A stretch of DNA of 64,000 nt from Ornithinimicrobium avium (GCF_003351765.1 NZ_CP031229.1:2376916-2440915); one strand, 5' to 3'. Counted from the first letter of the stretch, positions 1 through 11,257 are shown. Notes: a model not told the origin generated them from the letters alone. Numbers and translations: made by a program.

Positions 1-1363
<1,363 letters not shown>

Positions 1364-1494
1364 GCCTCCTCGCGTCGTGACGTTCCCTTCGAGAGTATGC
1401 CGTCACGCCCGCACGCGCGGGGTCGGGGACCTGTCGGGCGGTCCGCGCCTGCGACGAGCGGTCGGACGTGCGCGACGAGCGGGCTGCGACTCCC

Positions 1495-2067
1495 TCAGCC
1501 CTGGAAGCTGTCCGCGACCTCCTGCAGGCGCACCCGGTAGTCGGCCCACCACTGCGCGTCCTCGCTGGCCATGTTGCCGTTGTCGGCGCGCAGCCCGACG
1601 GCGCCGTCGAGCTCCTCGCGCAGGATGTCGGCGTGGCCGGCGTGCCGGGCCAGGTCGGTGGTGACGTGGACGAGCACGTCCCCGAGCGTGGTGTCCGACC
1701 TGCGCCCCCACCACGGAACCCGCCCGGGCGCGTCCAGCTCCAGCGCCTCGATCGTGGCGTCGGCGTGCTGCTGGACGCGGGTGTAGAGGTCGAGCACCTC
1801 CTGGGTCGAGACGTCGGCCGGCACCCAGAAGTCGGCGTTGTCCTCGCCCTCCAGGTCGAAGCCGAGGTCGAAGGGGACGGGACGGCCGAAGACGGAGCCG
1901 AAGTAGTCGGCCTCGACCCCCGTGGCGTGCCGGAGCAGGCCCAGCAGGTTGGTGCCGGTGGAGGTCAGCGGGGTGCGCACCGCCCGCTCGCCGAGGCCCT
2001 CCAGCTTCCAGATCAGCGCGTCGCGCTCGGTGCGCAGGTAGCGGTGCAGGGTCGCCTTGAGCTCCAT
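1495..2067 (-). CDS. DinB_2/DUF664 family protein (mycothiol-transferase-like four-helix bundle)
   Basis: 190-aa ORF. N-terminus LHRYLRTERDALIWKLEGL...LLGLLRHATGVEADYF matches the DUF664 signature. His-rich C-terminus HAGHAD. Confidence 0.6.
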   Translation of the reverse strand: MELKATLHRYLRTERDALIWKLEGLGERAVRTPLTSTGTNLLGLLRHATGVEADYFGSVFGRPVPFDLGFDLEGEDNADFWVPADVSTQEVLDLYTRVQQHADATIEALELDAPGRVPWWGRRSDTTLGDVLVHVTTDLARHAGHADILREELDGAVGLRADNGNMASEDAQWWADYRVRLQEVADSFQG

Positions 2068-2077
2068 GCAGACGAGA

Positions 2078-3658
2078 CTAGACGTGGTCGCGGACGGACC
2101 CCGTGCGAGGGACGGGCGACCCGGCCCTGCCCTGCGGGGCGAGCGGGGCGACGGTCACGACCTCCGGCGTGTGCAGCCGGACGAGGGTCCGCCGGGCGCC
2201 GGGAGGTATGCCGTGCGGCGTGGCCAGCGAGACGCCCACCGCCGCCAGCAGCGCCGCCGGGACGGTCCACGCCGCCGGGTGGGCCAGGAGCGCGTCGGGC
2301 CACCCGGTCTGCTGCGCGAGCAGGCCGGTGGCCACCAGCGCGCCGATCGCCAGCACGGCGCCCGTCGTCAGCCCGGCCGCGGCCCCCTGCACGGACAGCC
2401 GCGGCCACCACACCCCGAGCGCGAGCAGCGGGAAGAAGGTCGAGGCGGCGATGACGAACGCCAGGGTGACGAACGCCGCGAGCGGCACCTGCGGGAAGAA
2501 CCGGCTCACGGCATACGGGACGAGGACGGCGAGGACCGCGGCGAACCGGAACCCGCTCACCTCGGTGGAGTCGCCCTGCGTGACCCGCGCGAGGAGGGGG
2601 CGCACCAGGTCCTGGTTGAGCACGCCGGTCACCGCGACCGCCAGCCCCGAGGAGGTCGACAGGAAGGCCGCGAACGCGCCGCCGACCAGGGCCGCGGTCA
2701 GGATGTCCGAGGCCGGGGAGGCGAAGACCTCCGCCGGCAGCCGCAGCACGACGGTGTCGGCCCGGTCGCCGGCGCCGAGGACGGGCAGGTAGGCCCGGCC
2801 GAGCACCCCGTAGACGATCGTGAAGACGTAGAACAGGCCGAGCAGGGCGAGCACCCGCACGGTGGTCCGGCGGGCCGCGGCGCCGTCCGGGTTGGTGTAG
2901 TAGCGCACGACGACGTGCGGCAGGCCGGTCGTGCCCAGCGCGAGCGCGACGATGAGGGAGAAGGTGCGGTAGAGGTGGTGCTCCTCGGGCGCACGGCCGG
3001 TGAAGGGCTGGGTCCAGGCCTCGGCGACGGCCGGTGCGGGACCCTGCGTCGCCCACCAGGCGCCGAGGATCATCCCCGCGGGGACGGCCAGCGCGGTGAG
3101 CTTGACCCAGTACTGCACCGCCTGGACCAGGGTGATCGAGCGCATCCCGCCCGCCGCCACCGCCAGGATCACGACAACGGCCACGACGAGGCTGCCCACC
3201 CAGGTCGGGGCGCCGGTGACCAGGCGGAGGGTGAAGTCCGCCCCCTGGAACTGGGGGATGAGGTAGAGCCAGCCGATGAGCACCACCAGCAGCGTGCACA
3301 GCCGGCGCAGCGGCACCGAGCCGAGCCGGGCCTCGGCGAAGTCCGGCAGCGTGTAGGCCCCCGACCGCCGCATCGGCGCGGCGACGAGGATGAGCAGGAC
3401 GAGGTAGCCGACGGTGTAGCCGATGGGGTACCAGAGCGCGTCGACGCCCTGGTCGTAGATGAAACCGGCCACGCCGAGGAAGGAGGCGGCCGAGAGGTAC
3501 TCCCCGCCGATCGCCGCGGCGTTGCGCCCGGCCGACACGGTGCGCCCGGCGACGTAGAAGTCGCTGGTCCGCCGGGACAGCCGCAGCATGAACAGGCTCA
3601 GGCCGAGGGTGACCAGGCAGACGACGGCGACCGCGAGCGCCGACAGCGGACCGGTCAC
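2078..3658 (-). CDS. actP: Cation/acetate symporter ActP (sodium:solute symporter family)
   Basis: GTG start at 3658 overlaps the DUF485 stop (GTGA). Product VTGPLSALAV...DFYVAGRTVSAGRNAAAIGGEYLSAASFLGVAGF is a typical SSF/ActP N-terminus with 13-14 predicted TM helices. Sits next to acs and DUF485. Confidence 0.8.
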   Translation of the reverse strand: MTGPLSALAVAVVCLVTLGLSLFMLRLSRRTSDFYVAGRTVSAGRNAAAIGGEYLSAASFLGVAGFIYDQGVDALWYPIGYTVGYLVLLILVAAPMRRSGAYTLPDFAEARLGSVPLRRLCTLLVVLIGWLYLIPQFQGADFTLRLVTGAPTWVGSLVVAVVVILAVAAGGMRSITLVQAVQYWVKLTALAVPAGMILGAWWATQGPAPAVAEAWTQPFTGRAPEEHHLYRTFSLIVALALGTTGLPHVVVRYYTNPDGAAARRTTVRVLALLGLFYVFTIVYGVLGRAYLPVLGAGDRADTVVLRLPAEVFASPASDILTAALVGGAFAAFLSTSSGLAVAVTGVLNQDLVRPLLARVTQGDSTEVSGFRFAAVLAVLVPYAVSRFFPQVPLAAFVTLAFVIAASTFFPLLALGVWWPRLSVQGAAAGLTTGAVLAIGALVATGLLAQQTGWPDALLAHPAAWTVPAALLAAVGVSLATPHGIPPGARRTLVRLHTPEVVTVAPLAPQGRAGSPVPRTGSVRDHV

Positions 3659-4050
3659 CGCCGCTCCGTCCCCGCCTCGGAGACGAAGGCGACGAAGCGG
3701 CGCTCGGTGCGCTCCGTCTGGCGCGTGTAGAACGCCGCGGCCGCGACGACCGTCGGGTAGATCAGCACGCCGAGCACGAGCCACGGCAGCGGGAGAGGGC
3801 CCACGTGCAGCTGACGGGTGGCCGGGACGAGGGCGAAGATCAGCGGGATGCCGAGCAGGACCGCGGTGATGGTGCTGGCCACGGCGGCCGTCAGGCGCAG
3901 CTGGGCACGCAGCAGCCCCTGGAGGTAGAGCTCGCCCAGCCCGGTCTGCTCGGCCAGCGCGCTGGCGACCGGCCGCCGCAGGGCGGCGGGGGCGCCGCGC
4001 CGGGAGGCCGTCACCCGCACCCGCCGCGCCGGTCCCTCGGGCGCGGTCAC
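3655..4050 (-). CDS. DUF485 small membrane protein (YjcH-like ActP partner)
   Basis: 131 codons with two hydrophobic helices (ITAVLLGIPLIFALV / WLVLGVLIYPTVVAAAAFY). GTG start overlaps the response-regulator stop (GTGA). Conserved actP-upstream position. Confidence 0.7.
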   Translation of the reverse strand: MTAPEGPARRVRVTASRRGAPAALRRPVASALAEQTGLGELYLQGLLRAQLRLTAAVASTITAVLLGIPLIFALVPATRQLHVGPLPLPWLVLGVLIYPTVVAAAAFYTRQTERTERRFVAFVSEAGTERR

Positions 4051-4835
4051 GGCAGGCCGTCGGCACCGTCGGCGAGGACGCGCTCGCGCACCTCGCGCGC
4101 GTGGCGGCGCGCGACCGCCAGCTCGGTGCCGTCCGGCGCGAGCACCAGGCTGACCTTGCCGTGGCCCTGGCGGACCTCTCCGACGTGCCGCAGCGAGACG
4201 AGCGTGGAGCGGTGGATCCGGACGAACCCGGCGTCCGCCCAGCGCTCCTCCAGCGTCGACAGCGGCACCCGGATCAGGTGCGAGCCGGTCAGGGTGAACA
4301 GCCGGGCGTAGTCGCCCTGGGCCTGGACGTAGCGCACGTCCGAGCGGCGCACGAAGCGGGTGACGCCGCCGAGCTCGACCGCGATCCGCTCGTCGGCCGG
4401 CTCGGCCGGCGCGCTGCCGGCCACCTCCCCCGCACCCGGGGCGACCGGCCCCGGGGAGGCGGCGGGCTTCATACCCTCCACGACGCGGTCGACCGCCCGC
4501 GCGAGGCGCTCGCGGGAGACCGGCTTGAGGAGGTAGTCGGTGGCCTGCACCGCGAAGGCGTCGACGGCGTGCTCCTCGTGGGCGGTGACGAAGACGACCT
4601 GCGGCCGGCGGGCGAAGCGGGCGATGACGCGGGCCAGCTCCATGCCGTCCAGCCCCGGCATCGAGATGTCGGAGAAGACGACGTCGACCTCCCCGTCCTC
4701 CAGCGCGCGCAGGGCGTCGGTGCCGGACCCGGCGGCGACCACGCCGGAGAACCGGCCGTCCTGCTCGAGCAGGTAGGTCAGCTCGGACAGGGCCGGTGGT
4801 TCGTCGTCGACGACGAGGGCACGCATAGGGGACAT
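4047..4835 (-). CDS. LytTR-family two-component response regulator
   Basis: 262-aa ORF. N-terminal receiver domain (VVDDEPPAL...DVVFSDISMPGLDG). C-terminal LytTR DNA-binding domain (IRVPLSTLEERWADAGFVRIHRS). Confidence 0.85.
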   Translation of the reverse strand: MSPMRALVVDDEPPALSELTYLLEQDGRFSGVVAAGSGTDALRALEDGEVDVVFSDISMPGLDGMELARVIARFARRPQVVFVTAHEEHAVDAFAVQATDYLLKPVSRERLARAVDRVVEGMKPAASPGPVAPGAGEVAGSAPAEPADERIAVELGGVTRFVRRSDVRYVQAQGDYARLFTLTGSHLIRVPLSTLEERWADAGFVRIHRSTLVSLRHVGEVRQGHGKVSLVLAPDGTELAVARRHAREVRERVLADGADGLP

Positions 4836-4865
4836 CGTAGGGAGCGGCGCAAGGGGTGGGCGGAT

Positions 4866-6077
4866 CTACCCGGGATGGACGCCCGGTGCGTACTTGGGGA
4901 CCCGGAAGGTGACCTTGGTCCCCAGGCCCGGGGCCGTCTCCACGACGAGCCCGTGGTCGTCGCCGTAGACGCGCCGCAGGCGGGCGTCGACGTTGCCCAG
5001 GCCGACGGACTCGTTCGTGCCTGCCCCGTCCACCGCGTCCTCCCCGTCGAGGGCGCGGCGCACGTCCTCGGGGTCCGACCCGGCCCCGTCGTCCTCGACG
5101 CTGATCTCGGCCTGGTCGCCCAGGTCGGTGGCGGTGATCGTCACCGTGCCGGTGCCGACCTTGTCGGCCAGTCCGTGGCGGACGGCGTTCTCGACGAGCG
5201 GCTGGACGGCCAGGTAGGGCAGCACGACGGTGAGGACCTCCGGCGCGACGAGCAGGTTGACCTGGAGCCGGTCGCCGAAGCGCGCCTGCTCGAGCACCAG
5301 GTAGCGCTCGATGTTGCGCAGCTCGTCGGCGAGCGTGGTGAAGGCGCCGCCGCGCCGCAGCGCGTAGCGGGTGAAGTCGGCGAACTCCAGCAGCAGCTCG
5401 CGGGCCCGCTCGGGGTCGGTGCGCACGAAGCTGGCGATCGCGGCCAGGGAGTTGTAGATGAAGTGCGGGCTGATCTGCGCCCGCAGGCTGCGCAGCTCGG
5501 CCTCGACCGCGCGGGTGCGCTCCCGGTCCAGCTCGCCCAGCTCGAGCTGGTCGCTCACCCAGGAGGCCACCTGCTCCAGGGCGCGGGCCAGCCCCGGGGA
5601 CGGACGGTCGGAGTATGCGGTGAGGGTCCCGATCACGCGGTCCTCCACCACCAGGGGCGCGACCACGCCGGCGCGCACGTCGCAGTCGGGCCGGGCGCAC
5701 GGCAGGTCCCGCCGGCCCAGCACCGCCGTGTCGCCGGACTCCAGCGTCTGGCGGGCGTGCCCGAGGGCCTGGTCGCGGTGGTGCTCGCCGTGGCCGGTCC
5801 AGGTCAGGACCTCCTGGCCGTCGCAGACCGCGAGCGCGGAGCCGCCGAGGACGAGGCGCAGGTGCCGCGCCGCCTTCTCGGCGGTGTCTGCGGTGAGCCC
5901 GGAGCGCAGGTGCCGGCCGGCCTGGAAGCCCGAGCGCAGCGCCTCGTGGGTGAGCTGGTCGGCCTCGGAGAGGAAGCCGTGGGCGATCCGGCGCCGGCGC
6001 AGCCACAGCACGAGCAGGAGCAGCACGAAGCCCGCTGCCACGACGACGGCCGTGGGCAGGTGGAAGGTGGCGGGCAT
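4866..6077 (-). CDS. LytS/His_kinase-family sensor histidine kinase with GAF-like sensor
   Basis: 403-aa ORF. N-terminal TM helix, HFIYNSL phospho-acceptor box (His_kinase/LytS type) and HATPase region (GLGNVDARLRRVYG). Confidence 0.8.
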   Translation of the reverse strand: MPATFHLPTAVVVAAGFVLLLLVLWLRRRRIAHGFLSEADQLTHEALRSGFQAGRHLRSGLTADTAEKAARHLRLVLGGSALAVCDGQEVLTWTGHGEHHRDQALGHARQTLESGDTAVLGRRDLPCARPDCDVRAGVVAPLVVEDRVIGTLTAYSDRPSPGLARALEQVASWVSDQLELGELDRERTRAVEAELRSLRAQISPHFIYNSLAAIASFVRTDPERARELLLEFADFTRYALRRGGAFTTLADELRNIERYLVLEQARFGDRLQVNLLVAPEVLTVVLPYLAVQPLVENAVRHGLADKVGTGTVTITATDLGDQAEISVEDDGAGSDPEDVRRALDGEDAVDGAGTNESVGLGNVDARLRRVYGDDHGLVVETAPGLGTKVTFRVPKYAPGVHPG

Positions 6078-6112
6078 GGCGGGAGCCTACGATGCGCGCC
6101 GCCACCGCCCCC

Positions 6113-6445
6113 TGGTTCGAGGTGATGGAGGCCCGGGATAGGGCCGCCGTATACCTCGATCCCGGTCCCCCTTCCCGGTTCGAGGTAATGGAGGCCCGGG
6201 ATAGGGCCGCCGTATACCTCGATCCCGGGGATGGACGCTGCGGTGCAGGGTCGTCCCCTGATGGGGAAGTGGGGACATCGCGCCTCGACGAGGACCCGGC
6301 GCGCCCAGCGTTGGACCGGCTCTCCCCACCCGGTTCGAGGTAATCGACCACCACATCACGGCTGCCGCATACCTCGACTCCGGCGCCGCTGGCCCGGTTC
6401 GAGGTATGTCACGGCAGCGGCCCGGCGGTCGGTTACCTCGACCCG
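6113..6445. repeat. Four REP-like palindromic units (~52-55 bp each: CCGGTTCGAGGTA-N27-30-TACCTCGAnCCGG). Units 1 and 2 are near-identical tandem copies.
   Basis: Units read directly at about 6113-6166, 6176-6230, 6329-6383 and 6394-6445. Inverted-repeat arms GGTTCGAGGTA / TACCTCGA(A/T/C)CC. The last unit overlaps the stop of the DUF559 gene. Confidence 0.8.
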
Positions 6446-7359
6446 AAGCGGTGCTGGCAGATCCAGTAGCCGGCGCACACCTGGTCCAGGAACTCCTCCC
6501 GGAAGAGCCGCCACCCGACGAGGTCGATCCGGAGCACGGTGTCGTCGGTCAAGGTCACCGCGTTGGCGCGCAGGTTGTCGTTGGCGACGGACAGTCCCTG
6601 GTGATGCCCGGAGCCGTCGATCTCGACCACCAGTCCGTTGGGCCACCTGGCGTCGAGGTAGACCTTGTTGCCGACCCCGCGCCGGACGACCTGCCGCTCC
6701 GGCTCGGGCAGCCCGCGCATCCGGCAGCCCTCGGCGAAGTCAAGCTCACCCAACGACTGTGCCCCCAGGGCGATGTCGCGGATCACGAGTTCGATGAAGC
6801 GCCGTCTCGTCCGGCCCCTGACCGTCTTCCGGGCCGCGAGCAGCTGTTGGCCGGTGACGAGCCGCTGCTGCACCGGCATGCAGAGGATCAGCGCGGCCTG
6901 CCGGTCGGAGACCGCCCAGTGGGCACCGTGGATGGCGGCGACGGCCGGGCGGACCCGTGGGATCCCGTTCGTGAGGAGGTCCGCCTCCGGACGGCGGATG
7001 AGCTTGTGGATCCGCACCCCGGGGACGTCCTCGATGTCGTGCCGATGGAGCACGCTGACGTGGGTCGCATGCTCGGTGAAGCCGGTCATGCCCGCCTCGG
7101 TCAGCGCCGTCACCCCGTCCAGCGCAGCGATCCCCGCCCCGACCTCCCATATGGCCCGCCAGCGATCGGCGCGCGCGCCAAGCTCGCCCGTGTGCATGGC
7201 GATGGTCTGCCGCCCGTGCACGCGCCATCGCTGCGCAGCCTCCTCGCGGCGGACCATGCGGTTGTCGACCCCGATCCTGCGCAGTCGTTCTCGCGACAGT
7301 GCCCCGCCGAAGTCGTCCGCGGTCGCCCGCGCCAGCTCCCTGCGCTCCCTGGTACCCAT
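6433..7359 (-). CDS. DUF559 (Vsr-like endonuclease fold) protein with AbiEi-like N-terminal domain
   Basis: 308-aa ORF. C-terminus LVVEIDGSGHH...DNLRANAVTLTDDTVLRIDLVGWRL fits the DUF559 pattern. Bracketed by the REP-like units. Confidence 0.6.
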   Translation of the reverse strand: MGTRERRELARATADDFGGALSRERLRRIGVDNRMVRREEAAQRWRVHGRQTIAMHTGELGARADRWRAIWEVGAGIAALDGVTALTEAGMTGFTEHATHVSVLHRHDIEDVPGVRIHKLIRRPEADLLTNGIPRVRPAVAAIHGAHWAVSDRQAALILCMPVQQRLVTGQQLLAARKTVRGRTRRRFIELVIRDIALGAQSLGELDFAEGCRMRGLPEPERQVVRRGVGNKVYLDARWPNGLVVEIDGSGHHQGLSVANDNLRANAVTLTDDTVLRIDLVGWRLFREEFLDQVCAGYWICQHRFGSR

Positions 7360-7521
7360 GCTCCAGCACCGTGCCCGCTGGACCGCCCCGGCCCAACCAC
7401 GTCACGCCCGGCTGTGGACGACGGTCGCGCTCGCGGGTTCCTGTGGATGCGCGCCGCGGAGGGGCGAGGTGATGGAGCACCGACGGGCAGCTGCGCTTCA
7501 CCTCGACCACGCGGCGATGGC

Positions 7522-7577
7522 CACGGTTCGAGGTATTGCACTGCCCGAGCATGGCCGTGCATTACCTCGAACCGGGG
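7522..7577. repeat. Fifth REP-like palindromic unit, plus a partial half-site at about 7493-7513
   Basis: CACGGTTCGAGGTATTGCACTGCCCGAGCATGGCCGTGCATTACCTCGAACCGGGG. Same arms as the units at 6113-6445. Confidence 0.75.
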
Positions 7578-7585
7578 TCTTGACC

Positions 7586-8716
7586 TCAGGAGGAGGGGAA
7601 GACGCGCACCGGTCCCACGACGTTGATGCCCACGACGTCTCCCACCTCGGGCAGCCGCAGCCCGACGGTGCGCGCGCGCAGGCCGTTGACCGGCACGCCG
7701 CTGACCAGCTCGAGGTCGGCGACGCTGTCGTGGCCGAAGAAGGTCACCGAGCGCACCCGGGCGTCCACCGATCCCGTCCCCGGCGGGACGATCTGCAGCT
7801 GCTCGGGGCGCAGCAGCGCCTCGACCGCGCCGCGGGTGACGAACCCGGCCGTCTGCAGGTTGCCCAGCGCGCAGCGGAACTGGTCCCGGCTGGCCAGGCC
7901 GTGCACGTAGATGGCGTCGCCGAGGAAGGTGGCCACGTGCGCGTCGACCGGCTCGCCGTAGACGGCCCGCGGTGCGGCGACCTGGCGGAACCGGCCCTGG
8001 CGCAGGATCGCCACCTCGTCGGCGAAGGACAGCGCCTCCCCCTGGTCGTGGGTGACCAGGACGGCGGTCGCGCCGGCCGCCCGCAGCGCCCGGGCGGTGG
8101 CCTCGCGGGTGGCGGCGCGCAGCGCGGTGTCCAGGGAGGAGAACGGCTCGTCGAGCAGCACGAGGTCCGGGTGCGGGGCCAGCGCCCTGGCCAGCGCCAC
8201 CCGCTGCTGCTGGCCGCCGGAGAGCTGGTCTGGCCGGCGTCCGGCCACCTCGGGCGGCAGCTCGACCAGCTCGAGCAGCTCGGCGATCCGCTCGCGGTGG
8301 TGGCGGTCACGGCGTCCGATCGCGGGCCGCGGCAGGCCGAAGGCGATGTTGCCGGCGACGGTCAGGTGCGGGAACAGCCCGCCGTCCTGGCGCACGTAGC
8401 CGATGCCGCGCCGCTCGGGCGGCACGAGGGTGTGCTCGTCGGCGACCACGCGGCCACCGATCGACACCGACCCCGTGGTCGGCCGCAGGAACCCGGAGAT
8501 CACCCGCAGCAGCGTCGTCTTGCCGGAGCCGGAGCCGCCCAGCACGGCCGTGGTGGTGCCGGCCCGCACGGTGAGGTCGACGTCGTGCAGCACCTGGTTG
8601 CCCCCGTAGCCGGCCCGGACGCCGCGCACGCGCACCTCGCTCACCGGTGCCACCTCCGTCTGCGCGCTCGTCGTCCGCTCGGTCCGCCCTTCGGGCAGGG
8701 TCGCCACCATTGTCAT
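7586..8716 (-). CDS. ABC transporter ATP-binding protein, FbpC/PotA-type with C-terminal TOBE domain
   Basis: 376 codons from ATG 8716 (ATGA overlap with the permease stop). Walker A GGSGSGKTT, signature LSGGQQQRVALARAL, Walker B LVLLDEP. Confidence 0.85.
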   Translation of the reverse strand: MTMVATLPEGRTERTTSAQTEVAPVSEVRVRGVRAGYGGNQVLHDVDLTVRAGTTTAVLGGSGSGKTTLLRVISGFLRPTTGSVSIGGRVVADEHTLVPPERRGIGYVRQDGGLFPHLTVAGNIAFGLPRPAIGRRDRHHRERIAELLELVELPPEVAGRRPDQLSGGQQQRVALARALAPHPDLVLLDEPFSSLDTALRAATREATARALRAAGATAVLVTHDQGEALSFADEVAILRQGRFRQVAAPRAVYGEPVDAHVATFLGDAIYVHGLASRDQFRCALGNLQTAGFVTRGAVEALLRPEQLQIVPPGTGSVDARVRSVTFFGHDSVADLELVSGVPVNGLRARTVGLRLPEVGDVVGINVVGPVRVFPSS

Positions 8717-10245
8717 CCTTCCTTCGTGATCTGCCGGCGCAGCACCACGGTCAGCGGCACGGACAGGGCGATCATCATCGCGGCGTAGGGCGCCGCAGCC
8801 GTGTAGTCCAGCTCGTCCGCCGCGCCCCAGAACGCCAGGGCCAGCGTCTCGACCCCGGTCGGCGCGAGCAGCAGGGTCGCGGTCAGCTCGGTCGTGATCG
8901 CCAGCGCGACGAGCACGAAGCCACCGAGCACGGAGGGCGCGGCCAGCGGCAGCACGACCCGGGTGAGCACCGAGACGCCGCGCGCGCCCAGGGCCCGCGC
9001 CGCCTCCGACAGCTCCGGGGGCGCCGCAGCCAGTCCCGCGCGCAGCGACACCATCGCGCGCGGGATGAACAGGATGGCGTAGGCGAGGACGAGCAGCAGC
9101 GCGGTCTGGTAGATCGCGGGGGCGACGTCGACGGCCACGCCGATCAGGGCGAGGGCGATGACCACGCCCGGCAGCGCGCTGGCCAGGAAGGTCGAGCGCT
9201 CCAGCAGGATCGCCAGCGGCCCGTGGCGGCGGGCGAGCAGCAGCGCGCCGGGCAGGGCGAGCGCGACCGCGAGCACCCCGCCGGCCAGGGCCAGGGCCAG
9301 GGTGGAGAGGGTGACCGGCCCCAGGTCGCTCAGGTCGACACCACGCTGGCTCTGGCCGACGAGCAGCCAGCGCAGCACCATGACGACCGGGACGGCCACC
9401 GCCAGGGCGGCGACCGCGCCGAGGAAGACCAGTGCCGGGGCGCGCCACCCTCGCAGCGGCACGGGGTCGGCGCGTCGCCCCGCCCCGGAGCCGACCCGCG
9501 CCACCCTGCGCCGGCCGCGCGCGGCCACCTCGAGCGCGAGCACGACCAGGCACAGCCCGACCAGGACGGTCGCCAGCAGCGAGCCGGGGGTGTCGCTGAA
9601 CCCCACGGCATACTGCTGCAGGATCGCGGTCGTGAAGGTCTGGTAGCGCATCATCTCCAGCACGCCGTACTCGGCGAGCAGGTGCAGCGCGACCAGCAGC
9701 GCTCCCCCGCTGATCGCCGGTCGCAGCCGGGGCAGGACGGTGCGCAGCGCGGCGCGCAGCGGCCCCAGGCCCAGCGAGCGGGCGGCCTCCTCCTCTCCGC
9801 CGTCCAGCGCGCGCAGCAGCGAGGCGACGGGCAGGAAGACGAAGGGGAAGTAGGCCAGCGTCGTCACCAGCACCGCGCCGCCCAGGCCCACGAGCTGGGG
9901 CTGCCAGGAGATCCAGGCATAGCTGCTGACGAACGCCGGGACGGCCAGCGGCGCGAGCATGAGCGTGCGCCACAGTCCTGCCAGCGGCAGGTCGGTGCGC
10001 TCGACCAGCCAGGCCGCGACGATGCCGAGGACCATGGCCGCGGGCACGGTGAGCAGCAGCAGCCAGCCGGTGTGGGCCAGCAGCTCACCGATCCGCGGCC
10101 GCACCAGGTAGTCGACCGCCGCGGACCAGCCGTCGGCGCCTCCGCGGACGACGACCACGACGACGGGCAGGAGCGTGAGCGCCGCGACGAGCGTCGCGAG
10201 CGGCCCGAGCACCCGTGCGGGTGCATGGTCAGAGGATGCCGGCAT
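8713..10245 (-). CDS. Fe3+-type ABC transporter permease (fused double transmembrane domain, FbpB-like)
   Basis: 510-aa polytopic protein with two EAA-like loops (EAARSLG / SEAARALG). Confidence 0.85.
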   Translation of the reverse strand: MPASSDHAPARVLGPLATLVAALTLLPVVVVVVRGGADGWSAAVDYLVRPRIGELLAHTGWLLLLTVPAAMVLGIVAAWLVERTDLPLAGLWRTLMLAPLAVPAFVSSYAWISWQPQLVGLGGAVLVTTLAYFPFVFLPVASLLRALDGGEEEAARSLGLGPLRAALRTVLPRLRPAISGGALLVALHLLAEYGVLEMMRYQTFTTAILQQYAVGFSDTPGSLLATVLVGLCLVVLALEVAARGRRRVARVGSGAGRRADPVPLRGWRAPALVFLGAVAALAVAVPVVMVLRWLLVGQSQRGVDLSDLGPVTLSTLALALAGGVLAVALALPGALLLARRHGPLAILLERSTFLASALPGVVIALALIGVAVDVAPAIYQTALLLVLAYAILFIPRAMVSLRAGLAAAPPELSEAARALGARGVSVLTRVVLPLAAPSVLGGFVLVALAITTELTATLLLAPTGVETLALAFWGAADELDYTAAAPYAAMMIALSVPLTVVLRRQITKEG

Positions 10246-11257
10246 CCGTCATCATCATGACGACCTTGTCCGAGTCCAGCGCCGAGGGGTCCACGAGCGG
10301 CGCGTCCAGGCTGTCCAGCGGGGGCAGGGCGGGGTCGGCGGGCACCCCCCGGGCGACGGGGTACTCCATCGACCCGCTGCTGACCAGGACCTCCTGGCCC
10401 TCGGGGCTGGTCAGGTAGGCGAGGAACTGCTGGGCCTCGTCGGCCTTGTCGGTGGTGGCGAGCACCCCGCCCGCGGACAGCGAGACGAAGGCACCCGGGT
10501 CCTGGTCGCCGAAGTAGTGGAGCTCGGTATTGCCCGAGCCCTCCTTGGTGCCGGCCTGGTCGCGGTACCAGTAGTAGTGGTACATGATCCCGACCGGGAC
10601 CTCGCCGGCGTTGACGGCCTTCATCGTGGCGATGTTGTTCTGGTAGATCTCGGCGCCGTCCTTGAGCCCCTCGAGCCAGGCGGCGGTCTCCTCCTCGCCG
10701 CGGTCGACCAGCATGCCGGCGACGATCGCCTGGAAGTCGGCGCCGCCGGGGGCGCAGCCCCACCTCCCGGCCCAGGCCGCGTCCTGCAGGTCCATCATCG
10801 AGGCGGGCAGCTCGGCCGGCGTGATCATCGAGGTGTTGTAGACGAGCACGGTGGAGCGCGCGGCGATGCCGGTCCACATGCCGCTGGAGGGCGCCCGGCC
10901 CTCGCCGACCTGCTCCAGGGTGGTCTCCTCGACCGGCGCGAGCATGCCGGCGCGCTCGACGACCGTCATCGCCGGGGAGTTCTCGGTGAGGAAGACGTCG
11001 GCGGGCGAGGCGTCGCCCTCCTGGACGATCATGTGCCCCATCGAGGAGTCCGTGCCGGAGCGCACCTGGGTCTTGATCCCGGTCGCGTCGGTGAACGCCC
11101 TGGCCCATGCCTCGGTGACGTTCTGGTGCTGGCTGGAGTAGATCTGCAGCGCCTCGGGGTCGGGGACGTACTTCTCGTCCCCGCTGCACGCGCTGAGAAC
11201 GACGGGGCTGGCCAGGAGCGCGGCGATCAGGGTGCGGCGGCTCAGGGTGGGGGTCAC
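10229..11257 (-). CDS. Fe3+ ABC transporter substrate-binding lipoprotein (SfuA/FbpA/AfuA family)
   Basis: GTG 11257 overlaps the upstream stop (GTGA). Lipobox LSAC. LQIYSSQHQNVTEAWARAFTDATGIKTQVRSG...SPADVFLTEN resembles SfuA/FbpA. Confidence 0.8.
   Translation of the reverse strand: MTPTLSRRTLIAALLASPVVLSACSGDEKYVPDPEALQIYSSQHQNVTEAWARAFTDATGIKTQVRSGTDSSMGHMIVQEGDASPADVFLTENSPAMTVVERAGMLAPVEETTLEQVGEGRAPSSGMWTGIAARSTVLVYNTSMITPAELPASMMDLQDAAWAGRWGCAPGGADFQAIVAGMLVDRGEEETAAWLEGLKDGAEIYQNNIATMKAVNAGEVPVGIMYHYYWYRDQAGTKEGSGNTELHYFGDQDPGAFVSLSAGGVLATTDKADEAQQFLAYLTSPEGQEVLVSSGSMEYPVARGVPADPALPPLDSLDAPLVDPSALDSDKVVMMMTDAGIL

Noticed and set aside
3655-6354. 899-aa minus-strand ORF
   Set aside because: Arg/Pro/Ala-rich, no domain, and it spans the real kinase, regulator and DUF485 genes in another frame. 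Only its last 131 codons (DUF485) are genuine.
6087-6359. Short ORFs on both strands within the palindromic repeat cluster, and a possible CRISPR array
   Set aside because: The units are self-complementary hairpins of irregular spacing with no unique spacers or cas genes. The ORFs are repeat-encoded artefacts.
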